A stretch of DNA of 64,000 nt, from assembly GCA_951406725.2 (NCBI GenBank), contig OX597826.1, forward strand, positions 1,674,001 to 1,738,000. The letters are read 5' to 3'. The DNA is from Octopus vulgaris (lineage: Eukaryota). Each line of letters opens with the position of its first letter. Positions within the stretch are counted from its first letter, which is position 1. Of this stretch, positions 24,985 through 38,456 are shown piece by piece. A program made the translations under genes and the position numbers. Below the pieces are notes generated by a model. The model was not told the DNA's origin. It searched no databases and worked only from the letters and a program-made list of their open reading frames with translations.

Positions 24985-25985
24985 GAAAACGTAATAGCCA
25001 AAGTAAGAGTGAGTTGGGAAAAAATTCAGGTAGCTATCACTACAACTGTCAGCAAAAGGCATCTCTCTCAAAATAAAGGGCAATTTGTATGATGCCTGTG
25101 TATGAAATATGATGTTGCATGATAGTAATATATGGGTCAGAAAAGTGGCAAGTCGACAGAAACATTAGCACGCCGGGTCAAATGCTTGGCGGTATTTCGT
25201 CTGTCTTTACATTCTGAGTTCAAATTCTGTTGAGGTTGACTTCGCCTTTCATCTTTTCGGGGTCGATTAAATAAGTACCAGTTAAGCACTGGGGTCAATG
25301 TAATCGACTTAATTCGTTTGTCTGTCCTTATTTGTCCCCTCTGTGTTTAGTCCTTTGTGGGTAGTAAAGAAATAGGTATTTCGTCTGTCTTTACATTCTG
25401 AGTTCAAATTCTGCCGAGGTCGACTTCGCCTTTCATCCGTTCAGGGCTGATAAATTAAGTACCAGTTGTGTACTGGGGTCGATCTAATTGACTGAACCAC
25501 TCCCCCAAAATTTCGTGCCTTGTGCCTAGAGTAGGAAAAGTAGGAAAGGATATATGGGTTCAGAATAAAGAGGATTTGCAAAAGGGTAGAAGGAAATGAA
25601 ACTGACATGAACAATAAATTATTTCTTGTCTTCTAATTCTATTCACAAGATACTGGTTAACCCAAAGCTGTGTATTAAGGTCTCTTGCTAAAGTTACCAC
25701 ACAACGGGGCCAAACCCCAAATCACGTGGCTGCAACGCTGGCTTCTTAATCACAACGGATCACAAATTGGATGGGAGACAATCTGAATGTGAAAGGAACC
25801 GTATGTAATGTGCAGGGGAGATGACTGTGCTAAATGGACACTTGCTTGTGTAGATGTTTGCTGCATAAAGACGTGTTGGGTGCATAGAGTGGATTGGACC
25901 TTATGTAAGGGATTGACCCAGGAAGATGTGGAAAGAAATGGTGAAAACTGATCACAGGAGCCTCTGGAAGGCAACGACAAAAGAT
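24985..25985 (+). mobile_element. Degraded RTE-clade LINE ORF2 3' region interrupted by SINEs
   Basis: Degenerate peptides like AKVRVSWEKFR...KGISLKIKGNLYDACV...MLHDSNIW and ...PRKMWKEMVKTD, typical of post-RT RTE sequence. Related scraps lie near 21000-21260, 40760-41250 and 60530-60790. Confidence 0.6.
25146..25540 (+). mobile_element. Tandem/nested pair of family C SINEs with two different tails
   Basis: The ggtatttcgtctgtctttacattctgagttc segment occurs twice. The first unit ends ...gtaaagaaata and the second ...gtgcctagagtag. Confidence 0.85.
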
Positions 25986-26543
25986 TCCAACAATTGATGA
26001 TAACCAGTGATTGAGAACATCTGCCTACTTGAGTGAATATCTTTTTCTCTTTCACTTCTTTTGGTCATTGGATTACAGACACCACCTTGAAGGGCCTTTA
26101 GTGAAATATATCAGCCAAAGTTCTTTCTTTCTTTCTTTTTAAGGACTGGTACTTGTATCAATCTCTATTGCCAAGACCACAAGATTATAGGGATGTAAAC
26201 AAACCAACGCCATTTGTCAAGAGGTAATAGTAGTAGTAGTATAAACACAAATACACATGTGTCTATGTATATACACAGATGCAGGCATATGTACACATGC
26301 ACAAAACTGGCTTCCACACAATTTCCATCGATCAAATTCACTCAAGGCTTAGGTCAGCCTGGGAATAATATAAAAGACACTTGTCCAAAGTGGGACTGAA
26401 CTTGAAACCATGTGGTTGCAAAGTAAGGTTCTTAACTACACAGCAAAATCGTCTTGGGGTTGATTTGTTCAACTAAAGGTGGTGCTCCAGCATGGCCACA
26501 GCCAAATGACTGAAACAAGTAAAAAAAATAAAATATTCACAAA

Positions 26544-26605
<62 letters not shown>

Positions 26606-27366
26606 TACAGTTACAAATAAGAGTGCATATTTTTTTACTTGTATCAGTCACCTGACTGCAGCCATGCTGGAGCATTGCCTTAAAGAGCCTTTTTAGTTGA
26701 AGTCAACTGCAGGACGATCTTTCGAAACTTAGTACTTACTCTATCAGTCTCTTTTGCCAAATTGCTTAGTTATGAGGAACATAAACACACCAACATCGGT
26801 TGTCAAGCGATAGCAATGGAGGGCAAACACAGACACACCCATAAATATATACATACATACATGATGGGCTTCTTTCAGTTTCCGTCTACAAATCCACTCT
26901 TAAGGCCTTGGTTGGCCTGGGGCTATAATAGAAGACACTTGCCCAAGGTGACATGCAGTGGGGTTGAACCCGGAACCATGCTTCTTACCACACAGCCACA
27001 TGTTCACATTTACTCATGAATACACACAATCTCATAACATCCATGCTCAAACACATTTATGTATACGCATAGTCTATAAATAAGAATGCATTCATACACA
27101 TGATGAAGGACACACACAAATACACACACATATAAACAATCAGAAATACGAGTATATACTCATGCTCATATTTATACATATAACACACACAATTTTGTGA
27201 CATACATACATACACAAATACAAGCAAACACACAAACTCATAACATACAATAATAGAAACAAAACACACACACACACACACACACACATACATATATATC
27301 TGATGGTGATATTGATTGAAATAAAGTAGAGAGTAAACTAGCTTGAATAAAGTATGTGTGTGTGTG

Positions 27367-27910
<544 letters not shown>

Positions 27911-28038
27911 ACATACATACACACACATAAACACATGCATGTGTATTTATGTATGTATATACATAATTACACACACACAAACACATCTGTTGGTGATAAT
28001 GAGTCAAATATTCAATGTAGAGAACATATTAGTCTTAA

Positions 28039-28077
<39 letters not shown>

Positions 28078-28786
28078 TGTGTGTGTGTGTGTATATGTGT
28101 TTATATATATATATATATATATTGAAGTGTGTATATACATATGTACAATTACAAACACACGCACACACACATACACACAAAATGATTGTATGAAAAAATC
28201 CAAAGAAAATTAAGACCGTTTTTCTTGCTTAGAATCATGGAATTTAGAATTTAGCAGAAAAAGACCCAGGGTGGTGAGGTGGGGGTTGGGAAGCAGCAAA
28301 GGATTGTTGACATTGTTAAAGACTAAAACAAGAATAAGAACATTAAATAAACTAACCACCCTCTCTTCCCATCCATCTCAACAGACACCACCACCACCCC
28401 CGGCTGCTCCACCCAGCCTCTATGTACCCAACCCACCCAAACACCCACAACCACCTCCCTATATTACTGTTTTGGAGATCTACTTTCACTAAGATATATA
28501 TATATCCCCACCCTACAAAAAAGAAAGTAAAGACCACCACCACCATCATCATCATTTATTCTTCAGCTATATCTATCTTTAAATATTTGAAGAATTTCTC
28601 TTCTGTTTCTCTAAAAAAATCCCAACATTAAAGTTACCAATTTCCTTGTTTCTTATCTATTTTTCATTCTATTTTTTCCCCTTCAAAACACCCCTACACC
28701 CTCTAAAAAAAATTTTCTCACCCCCCTACATCCCTCTCACCTTTTCCCCTGCCTTGCTTCACCAAATACATATAGTTGTTACATAC

Positions 28787-30150
28787 CGAGAACATATGTG
28801 GCTTTAGTAATGGTTAGTATTATTACTGTTGGTGTTGTTGTTGTTAGTGTTGTTGTTGCTGTCAATTGGTTTTTAGCAATTCTGATAATAACGAAGTCTT
28901 TTCTTGTTTGTTGTCTTCGGCCTTCTTGTCGTTCTCGTTACTGTAATTGTTATTAAACCTGAAGATAATGATACTGTTGTTGTTGTTATTATTATTATTA
29001 TTATTATTCTTGCTGTTGGTCACCTTGTTACTGCCTTTACAGGTGTTGACAATGCATTTGTTAATCACAATACCGTTGTTGTTAGTCTTGCTTTTGCCGT
29101 GAAGTTAATTAATTTTAGCAATTCTGATAACGATGATGATGTTTCTGCTGCAAACAATACAGTTTTTGTTGCTTGTTGTCTTCAGCCTTCTTCTTCTTCT
29201 TCTTGTCGTCACTGTTATTCTTTTTAAACCTGAAGAGAACGGCTCGTGTTAGTGTTCTTATTGTTGTTAACGATGCTTATCTTAATCCCAATACTGTTGT
29301 TGTTGTTGTTATTGCAGTTTTGGTCTTGTCTTGTAACTTTATATTAAATAAACAAAAATACAAGTTCCTCTTGTTACCATTCTTGCTATCATTATTATTT
29401 ACGTTGATATTGTTGTTGTTGATATCAATATCATTATTACTATCAATGTGGATTCTTAGGACATTTAAAATTATTTTTTTGTTATTGTTGTGTTGATAAT
29501 GCTGTTTTTATATTTGTTGTTGTTCTTCTGGTTGATTCCAATATTATTGTTGTTGTTGTTAGTGTTAAAGATCCTGAAGAGGTTTCCAATAATGTTGTTT
29601 GTGTTAGGTTCGTTGTTGTTGTTGTTGAGATTGATGGTGATTCTGATATTGTTGTTGTTGTTGTTGCTAGTGCTGTAGATTCTGAAGACCTTACAATTGA
29701 TGATGTTTATATTGTTGTTGTCGTGGTTACTGATGATGTTGCTGATGTTGTAGCGATTGATTATTGCTGATGTTTGCTGCGGTTATTGTTGTCGCTGATG
29801 ATGATGACAATGACAACGATGGCTGCTGTGCTTGTTGCTGGTCACCACCACCACCACCACCGCCACCACCACTACCACCGTTGTTGTTGTTGTTGATACT
29901 AATATTGCTGAGGCCGTTAATTATTTCTGCTGCTGTTGTTGCTGTTGTAGTTGAATTTGATGATGTCACTATCGTTGGTGGTGGTGTTGTTGTTGTTGCT
30001 GTCGATGTTGATGTCATCGAGTCTGATGTTGTCCCTCTTGTTGTTGTCATCGAGTCTGGTTAATATTACTGTTGCTGTTACTAATGATGGTGATGACACA
30101 GCTACTCCTGTTCCTGGTGCTGCAGTTGGTATCACATCTATTCATACAGC
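28787..30150 (-). other. Candidate long low-complexity (AAC/ACA/GCA-rich) 5' leader exon
   Basis: SINE-free block ending at the consensus donor tcg|GTATGT (GT at 28786-28785). It is stop-poor but has no single long ORF. Confidence 0.35.
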
Positions 30151-30243
30151 TATCCAGATATCTATATATACATGTGTATATATATACCTGTCTGTATATT
30201 CATATATATATATATCTATAGATATATGTGTGTGTAAGTCGTC

Positions 30244-30432
30244 TAAGAGTCCCTAAATCAGATAATCAGATAGGAATCCGTAAGTCAGATAATCAGATAA
30301 GAGTCCATAAGTCAAATAATCAGGTAAGAGTCCGTAAGTCAGCTAATCAGATAAGAGTCCCTAAGTCAGCTAATCAGATAAGAGTCCCTAAGTCAGCTAA
30401 TCAGATAAGAGTCCCTAAGTCAGTTAATCAGA
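30244..30432. repeat. 27-bp tandem repeat x7 (taagagtccctaagtcagctaatcaga)
   Basis: Seven contiguous units with 0-4 substitutions each. All contain TAATCA and most unit junctions give AGATAA/AGATAG. Confidence 0.95.
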
Positions 30433-32067
30433 TAATCGCACTGTTGAATCCGTAGTGCAAAACCAATTGGTAAGACCGGCTGTAATGGATATGTAGGACT
30501 GTACACATCAGATAATAAATATATATATATGTGTGTATATTGGACATAAGAGTTGCAGAGGTATTTTATAGTAAGGTTATCCTGCAAATGATTGCTGGAC
30601 AATGGGAGAAGAAATAAAATAAAATAATTAAAGAAAATATACAAAAATATATACTATGAGAATCACTACTTCTCCAACCCCCTCCTCTACCACCACCACC
30701 ACCAACCCGCCAAGGACAACACAACAACAGCAACAACAACAACAAGTACAATTTGTTTTATTGTCTAGACTGCTTGAAAATTTGATAGTTAATTGATGGG
30801 ACGAGGAATGGAAAGGAGACGGCAAGAACAACGACAAGAACAGGGAGAACAATAGTTGGACAACAACAATTATTATGGCAGAAACAGTGGGGGGGGGGCA
30901 ACAACAACAACAACAAAGCAACAGTTAACAGTAGAAGCAATAATAACAGTAATAATACAAACAACAACAATAGAAACAGCAGCAGCAACGACAGAAGCAG
31001 CAGCAACAGAAAGACAGCAGAAGGACGGCCGACAGCAGTAGTATCACCAACAGCAGCAAAAGTGACGACGATAATGCCAACAACAACAACAACAACAACA
31101 AAAACAACAGTAGCACCAGCAGCAGCAGCAGCAGCAGCATTTAAATTCACAACAACAAGCCTAATTATAATTATAATTACAACTGAAATTATGACAGAAA
31201 CAAGAAAAGGAAGAGTAGCAGCAGCAGCAGCAGCAGCAAGGACAGTAGTAAGAATTGCAACAACAAATTGCGGTCATAAAAAGAGCAATTACACTGACAA
31301 CAACTGCACAATTCGAACTTGTATGAAGCTCCTATGTGGTCAAAGCAGAACGCTAGAAATAGGAGTGATATCGCCTTAAAAATCACATCTTACAATGTCT
31401 TTTCTTTTTTTTTTATAAGACACATTGGATCATGTAGTCCTAGATATACTATTCTTGAATAATTCTAAAAAAAAGAAACAGAAAGAAAAGGTGATCAAGG
31501 CCGGAATGCTTCCGACTGTATGGCAGGTCTTGCTTAAGAAGGGGAACCACAAGAAATAATAGCCACAACATTAAAAGAGAAGACACTGCAATGAGAAAGA
31601 GGGACCAGGTAGTTGATTGGATATGGTGAGGGTCACCTGACTGGAGAAGTTTGTGATTAAAGAGTTGATTTCTACTTTTGTTTTTATATATATATATATA
31701 TATGACATCTTGGATGAGTGTCAGACTTGGATACACTAATGTCTTGAGAATGAAATCAAACAAGTGGAAACTGTGTGGAAGTCCGTTGGGTTTACTCTTT
31801 ATGCAAATACACACAGTACAGGCCTGTATGCTGAATGTTAATAATGGCTAGAAAAGCCAGCCTTTTACTACCTTGTGCTAGTGAAAAGTCTACTGCTTTT
31901 AGACACATAATTAACAGCATTGTGGTCTTCTTGGAGTGGTTGGCGTTAGGAAGGGCATTCAGATGTAGAAACTCTGCCAGATTAAATTGGAGCCTGGTGC
32001 AGCCATCTGGTTTGCCAGTCTTCAGTCAAATCGTCCAACCCATGCCAGCATGGAAAGCGGACGTTAA

Positions 32068-32120
<53 letters not shown>

Positions 32121-32454
32121 ATAGTAAATTCAAAAATATGAAGAACAAGCACTACAACAACAACAACACAAGGATGTGGTACATGTAAAGCATTAGTAAA
32201 CACTCAGGAAGGAAAGAAAGGTGGTTTTATATTTTGAGGAAAGCTCTTTTTCAGAAAGAGGAGACAGAGGAAAGTCCAATGGAAAAAGAAGATGGAGGAA
32301 AAAAAGAAGTCGACAACAATTCCCATGTGAAATGACAAGAAGGGAATGGGTGAAGAAAAAGTTCTTTAAGAGAGGAGAGTGTAAGAGAAGGATGTACGTG
32401 TGGGTATGTGCGTGCACACAAGTCTGTGCAAGTGTGTGTGTGTAATTGTGTGTG

Positions 32455-32762
32455 GGATTGCACCTAGAAAGTTATCTTCCCAGGTACAAGTCCGGGCAAG
32501 GTTGTTTATGGAAGACCAGCAGTCACCCATGCATACCGGCCTCCCCTCTCCATACCACCAGTGTTATCCAAGGGAAAGGCAAAGGGGCCGATACAGCTTG
32601 GCACCTGTGACGTTGCAACTCATTTCTACAGCTGAGTGAACTGGAGCAACGTGAAATAAAGTGTCTTGCTCAAGAACACAACACACAGCCTGGTCCGGGA
32701 TTCGAACTTACAACCTCACGATCGTAAGCTCGATGCTCTAACCACTGAGCCATGCGCCTTCA
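32455..32762 (-). mobile_element. tRNA-derived SINE, family A
   Basis: Well-conserved copy homologous to 17103-17430. Confidence 0.9.
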
Positions 32763-33859
32763 CAGTTGAGCACTAGGGTTAATATAAACAACTACCTTCC
32801 CCCTCCCTTCAAATTTCAGGCTTTGAGCCTATAGTAGAAAGGTTTTATTATTAGTATTACTAAGATGGTGAGCTGGTAGAATTGTTAGTGTGTTTGGACA
32901 AAATGCTAAGTGATATTTCTTGCAGCTCTTTACATTCTGAGTTCAAATCCCACTGAGGCCAGTTATACTTTCGGTCCTTTTAGGGTTGATAACACAAAAG
33001 TACCAGTCATTGGGTTGATGGTAGCGAATGAACCAATTTATCAAAATTTCAGACTTTGTTCCTCGGTTGTTAAAAAAAATATTATTCAAAACAAGAATTA
33101 AAAAAAAAAGAAGAAAACTTAAGAGTGAACCTGAATCTTTACCAAGGAATCCTATCAAAACTTTTGTTTTTTAGGATCTTTTGGGACAAGCCCTCTGCCC
33201 CTCTCCTGACATTTAAATCAACTACTACAACTACTACTACAAGACTTTCAATCAGATTTCCAGAAGCTGGCACACCTATAATCTCAGATTATTATTATTA
33301 TGTTTATTATTATTATTATTATTATTTCTCGGGTAGTAGTTTTTTTTGTTGTTTTTTTGAGAGAGGGAGGAAGACGGAACTATCAGGAATTTTATGGGTG
33401 GGAGGACAAGAAGGGGGGGGATGGAATGAATGGTGCAGTTCAGGAGTTAGGGTAGTGGTGGTGGTGGTGGTGTTGAAGAGAGAAGGTGTGCATGTGTATG
33501 TGCGTAGATTTGTAGGCATGCATGCATTTGTGTAGGTGTATGCTTGTGCATGTGTGTGTGTGTGTATTATTCTGTGTGTGCCTGTGTATGTGTGTGTAAG
33601 TATGCTTGTATGTGTTTGTGTGTATGTGTTTGTGTGTATGTGTGCTTGTGTGTGTGTGTGAGCATATGTGTGTTGAGGGCGTGATTGTCTCTTGGGTCAG
33701 GTGTTTGGCAGAGTGATGCATTCCTTGCTCGTCAACCCCCCCACACACAAACCACTGCCGATTTCCCCACTCCCCCCCCCCCACTCTCCGTTCATTAAAC
33801 ACCTCTCATCTACATAGCATGGCAGATATGGCCTTTCTTCTTTACTCCACTCTCTGTAA

Positions 33860-34460
33860 CCTGCCACCACCACCACCACCATCATCATCATCAACAACAA
33901 CAACAACAACACTAATTTTATAACAACAAAAAACTCCAGGCTGGAGTAGCAAATTATGTGACTCATTGAAAATGATTTTTCTTTCTAGATGTCTATCACC
34001 ACCACCACCACCACCACCACCACCACCAACTGCACTGTTATGAACCCCCAACACCACCACCAGCATAATGAGCACAACCACCACCACCACCATCATCATC
34101 ATCATGTACACTTGTACGATCATGAATATCACAACACCCCTACTATCACTATCATCATCATCATAACTGCTAACATAAATACTACTACCACCACCGTCAT
34201 CACCACAACTGCTGCTACCACCATCACTGCTACTGTCATCATTATCATCACCAGTAGCAGCATGAACGTCACTACACCACGAATATGGCACTACTATCAC
34301 CATAGTTACCAACCTTATTACTACCACCACAACCATCAGTACCATCGTTAGTGTCTTCATCATCACCACTAGTAGCACCATCATCATCATCACCACTATC
34401 ACCACCACCATCATAAACAATCTTCGCTACCTCTGCTAGCATGAAAACCAGCATTGCTAG
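33860..34460. repeat. Degenerate (CAC/CAT/CAA)n low-complexity tract
   Basis: Directly visible. Similar tracts lie at 21310-21600 and 52120-52430. Confidence 0.8.
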
Positions 34461-34910
34461 CGCTACCAAGGATACTAACTCTACCACAATAATAAACTCA
34501 ATAGCAACTCTGCTGTTGGGCCCATATACAGCTCCAGTATGGGCCACCACTTCCACCTCACACATCACCAAACTTACTATCATCATTGATGAATCTTCCA
34601 ATTTGACAGAAACACAATCCTTATCAACGGTCATTGATGGAAAATAAACCCATGGTCCCGAGAGTGTAGTGGATGCTTTTTATGTGCCTCCAGCACAGGA
34701 GCTGGTCAGGCAGCACTGGCACCGACCCCACTCGAATGGTGACATGTGCATGCACGATGGACCTCTTTCAGTTTCCACCTTCCAAATCCACTCACGAGGG
34801 TTTGGCCAGCTTGGAACTATGATAGGAGATACTTGCTCAAGGTGTCATGAGGTGGGAGTGAATCAGGGTCACAGTGTGAGAAGCAAACTTCTTAACCACA
34901 CACAGTTACA

Positions 34911-34985
<75 letters not shown>

Positions 34986-35248
34986 ATGCTGGTGGCATAT
35001 AAGAAGCACCCAACACAATCTGTAAAGTGGCTGATGTCAAGAAGAAGAGTATCCAGCTGTGCCAAAACAGACAATTGGATTTTGGACAGATGTCTGGCTG
35101 GACAGCTCCTATCAAACTGTCTAACCCATGCCAGCGTGGAAAACAGACGATAAATGATGATCACACACACACACATGTGTATATTTATGAGTCAACAAAA
35201 ATTACATTCTGATGAATCAACAAAAAATTATATATGTTTATGTGGACA

Positions 35249-35285
<37 letters not shown>

Positions 35286-35574
35286 ATGTGCACACACATG
35301 TATGCGTGCACACGTGTGTGTGTGTGTGTGTGTGTGTGTTTGTAGTGCTTATCAAAGTGCACAATATATAAACACTAGCATTGACTCCGAAGCCCATCTG
35401 TTCCATGGCACAGCAAAACAGATGTCAGGAAAGACTTTTAGTGTTGTTTTAGTAAATTTTCATGTTACAGGTTTATTGGTTAAGTTGGTCGCAGAGTTTA
35501 GACACGAAGAACGAGACTGAAGAATATGGTAGGAGGATGCTGTGAGTAAAGAATTTTAAACCATATTTATTTTG

Positions 35575-35607
<33 letters not shown>

Positions 35608-35740
35608 ATATAGATAGGTGTGGGTGTGTGGAAAGAAGCTTCTGGGTTCAATCTCTGTGTGTGGCACCTTGGGCAAGTGTCTTCTACTACAGCTTCAGGC
35701 CAGCCAAAGCCATATGAGTGGATTTGGTAGACAGAAACTG

Positions 35741-35965
35741 TGAGCTAGCAGAAACGTTAGCACACCGGACAAAATGCTTAGCAGTATTTCGTCTGCCGTT
35801 ATGTTCTGAGTTCAAATTCTGCCAAGGTTGACTTGCCTTTCATCCTTTCGGGGTTGATAAATTAAGTACCAGTTATGCACTGGGGTTGATGTAATCGACT
35901 TAATGCCTTTGTCTGTCCTTGTTTGTCCCCTCTATGTTTAGCCCCTTGTGGGCAATAAAGAAATA
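35741..35965 (+). mobile_element. Family C SINE nested in a family B SINE, TSD agaaactg
   Basis: TSD at 35733-35740 and 35966-35973. Host B sequence resumes with aaagaagcccatc. Confidence 0.9.
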
Positions 35966-36019
35966 AGAAACTGAAAGAAGCCCATCATGTGTATGTGTGT
36001 GCATACATATTTTATTTTT

Positions 36020-36322
36020 ATGCGCCCTTTTCAAGCGTAGCCAGGCTCATGGGCCTGGTTTCCCAGTTTCTGAGGCATATGTGTTCCCCCCAGCTGGACA
36101 GGATGCCAGTCCATTGCAGTGTTACTCAAGAAGCAGGAAGAGAGAGTGAGAGAAGGTTGGGGCGAAAGAGTACAACAGGGGTCGCCACGACCCCTTGCTG
36201 GAGCCTCATGGAGCTTTAGGTGTTTTCGCTCAATTAACACACACAACGCCCGGTCTGGGAATCGAAACCACGATCCTCCGACCGCAAGCCCGCTGCCCTA
36301 ACCACTGGGCCATTGCGCCTCT
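36020..36322 (-). mobile_element. tRNA-derived SINE with a distinct body
   Basis: Minus-strand head ggcgcaatggcccagtggttagggcagcgg...ggtttcgattcccagacc with A and B boxes. Confidence 0.75.
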
Positions 36323-36677
36323 ACACACACACATACACACCCATATAATAAGAAAAAAGGAAAACCTTTGTTGCAGTGCACCTAATTAATGCTCAATGTG
36401 AGCAAAATATAACAAAAATGAAAGTGGATGACAGCTTATCCTATGATATATATATATATCAAAATAAGTAACAAGTATATCCGAGGTAATGTGGTACGAT
36501 CGTTTCAGGCTACTTCATTTTATTAAACACTGTAAGCATTACATCAGTTTTAAAATGTTGAGCAATTGTTGCTTATTTTGATTGTAATCACCCCGTGGAT
36601 TTATATGGATAATACCATACAAAATTCCAGTGCCTTTGACTTAAGTACCATATTCATCTGAATCTAAATATTGCTGA

Positions 36678-36719
<42 letters not shown>

Positions 36720-36720
36720 T

Positions 36721-36751
<31 letters not shown>

Positions 36752-37008
36752 TGTATATCTCTGTCCTTTATCACGACTTGACAACTGGTGTTGGTGTTTA
36801 TGTTTCCATAACTTAGCAGTTTAGCAAAAGAGACTGATAGAATAAGTAACAGTCTTAAAAAGAAAAACAATAAGTACTGGGATTGACTCATTCAATTAAA
36901 TATTCCTCAAGGTGGTGTCCCAGCATGACCGCATGGCCACAGCCAAATGAGTGAAAAGAGTAAAAGAGTAAAAGAAGAGCCAGTGATGGGTGCCTATCAC
37001 ATATGAAT

Positions 37009-37040
<32 letters not shown>

Positions 37041-37420
37041 TCAAATGATATTAAAATCTGTTGAAGAATGGAAGCATATTCAATGAATAGATTGAAGTAT
37101 GTCCTAGATTGGAAACTGGACATTTGTATTCTTGTGACTCGTTTCATGCCACTGCAATTATTAGATGAATTCCTGGTGATCACAGCAGCATGAAACTCAA
37201 GTCACAACTTCATCTAACAAACAATGGACAGACGTCAATTCATTACAGCTGTTTCCAACGAATTTTTTTATTGAATAATGAGTACATTAATTGTGCACAC
37301 AACCTGAGTATCCTTCTGCCAGTACTTCTGTACCAATGTTGGCATTAGTCTATAAGCAATTATCAATTCTTATCCAACCTGGTGCCTTACCGTTTAAGTT
37401 CCTTATTCACCTGAACCTTA

Positions 37421-37463
<43 letters not shown>

Positions 37464-38178
37464 CATACATACATACACACATACACACACACAGCTGGAT
37501 ATCAAATGGATATTATCATTCAAAGCTAGTGGTGTATACACTCTCATTAGAGAATGTGTGCACATGTGATTCATTTTTGAATATTTTTTCGGTACCAATC
37601 AAATCTTGATGTACAATTGAATAGTCATATTTTGCTATGTTTACAAATAGTGTCATTATGCTTCCCCCACCTAAACCATTTGAATAGGAATTTCAGAGTT
37701 ATGTTTCAAGAAGTGTCAGCTTCTAATAAAATATACAAGTTTTACATATTGTGTACTTTCTCACCCCTGTTAGTAAACAAATACCTACCAATTCCCTCCA
37801 CACACACACACACACACAAATATATATATATATATACACAACAATAACATCAGGGGTATGACAGGTAAAGATATATTTATTTAACCACATGACTTCCATA
37901 TAATTATAGCTGTTTTGCAACCTTCTTCATGTAGTATTAATTTCACTATGCAAGACTTTATACATACATGTTTGCATCAGTATGTATACTCTGCATTACA
38001 CAATACAATTGTCTATTCACAAATCAATGCACATACAGAAAGCAAGCTCATCAGATCATCAGGATTACATCAACATTTCAACTCTTGTAATAGCCATGCA
38101 ATTCTTTGAACCCAGATTTTATACAACTCCTTTATCTATCTATTTCTCAAATATATATATATATAAGAATTTTTTGCG

Positions 38179-38284
38179 TAATAAGATTAAAAAACCCAAG
38201 GTTGTGTAGATATTAGAGCATTTATAGATAGAAGCATTTATAAATGCTCTAAAATCCACACACCATTGGTTTTTAATCGTATTA
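38179..38284. repeat. Imperfect ~47-bp inverted repeat in a (TA)n context
   Basis: taataagattaaaaaacc...ttagagcatttata pairs with tataaatgctctaa...ggtttttaatcgtatta. Confidence 0.8.
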
Positions 38285-38415
38285 TATACACACGCTGACA
38301 CAGAACCAACGTTGAACCCCTTATTTGCAAAATTACTGAATCTGGAACTAAACTTTGATGTCTATAGCACTTATTCAGCATTACCTGACACCTTTGGGTC
38401 TCAATGACACCACTA

Positions 38416-38456
<41 letters not shown>

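Noticed and set aside
30244-30432. CRISPR-like array, or a 9-aa repeat protein gene
   Set aside because: The units are contiguous with no spacers, the context is eukaryotic, and there are no cas genes. The ORF has no ATG start or splice support.
33842-34647. Poly-V/M/G and poly-H/T ORFs
   Set aside because: Degenerate trinucleotide tract, open on both strands in several frames.
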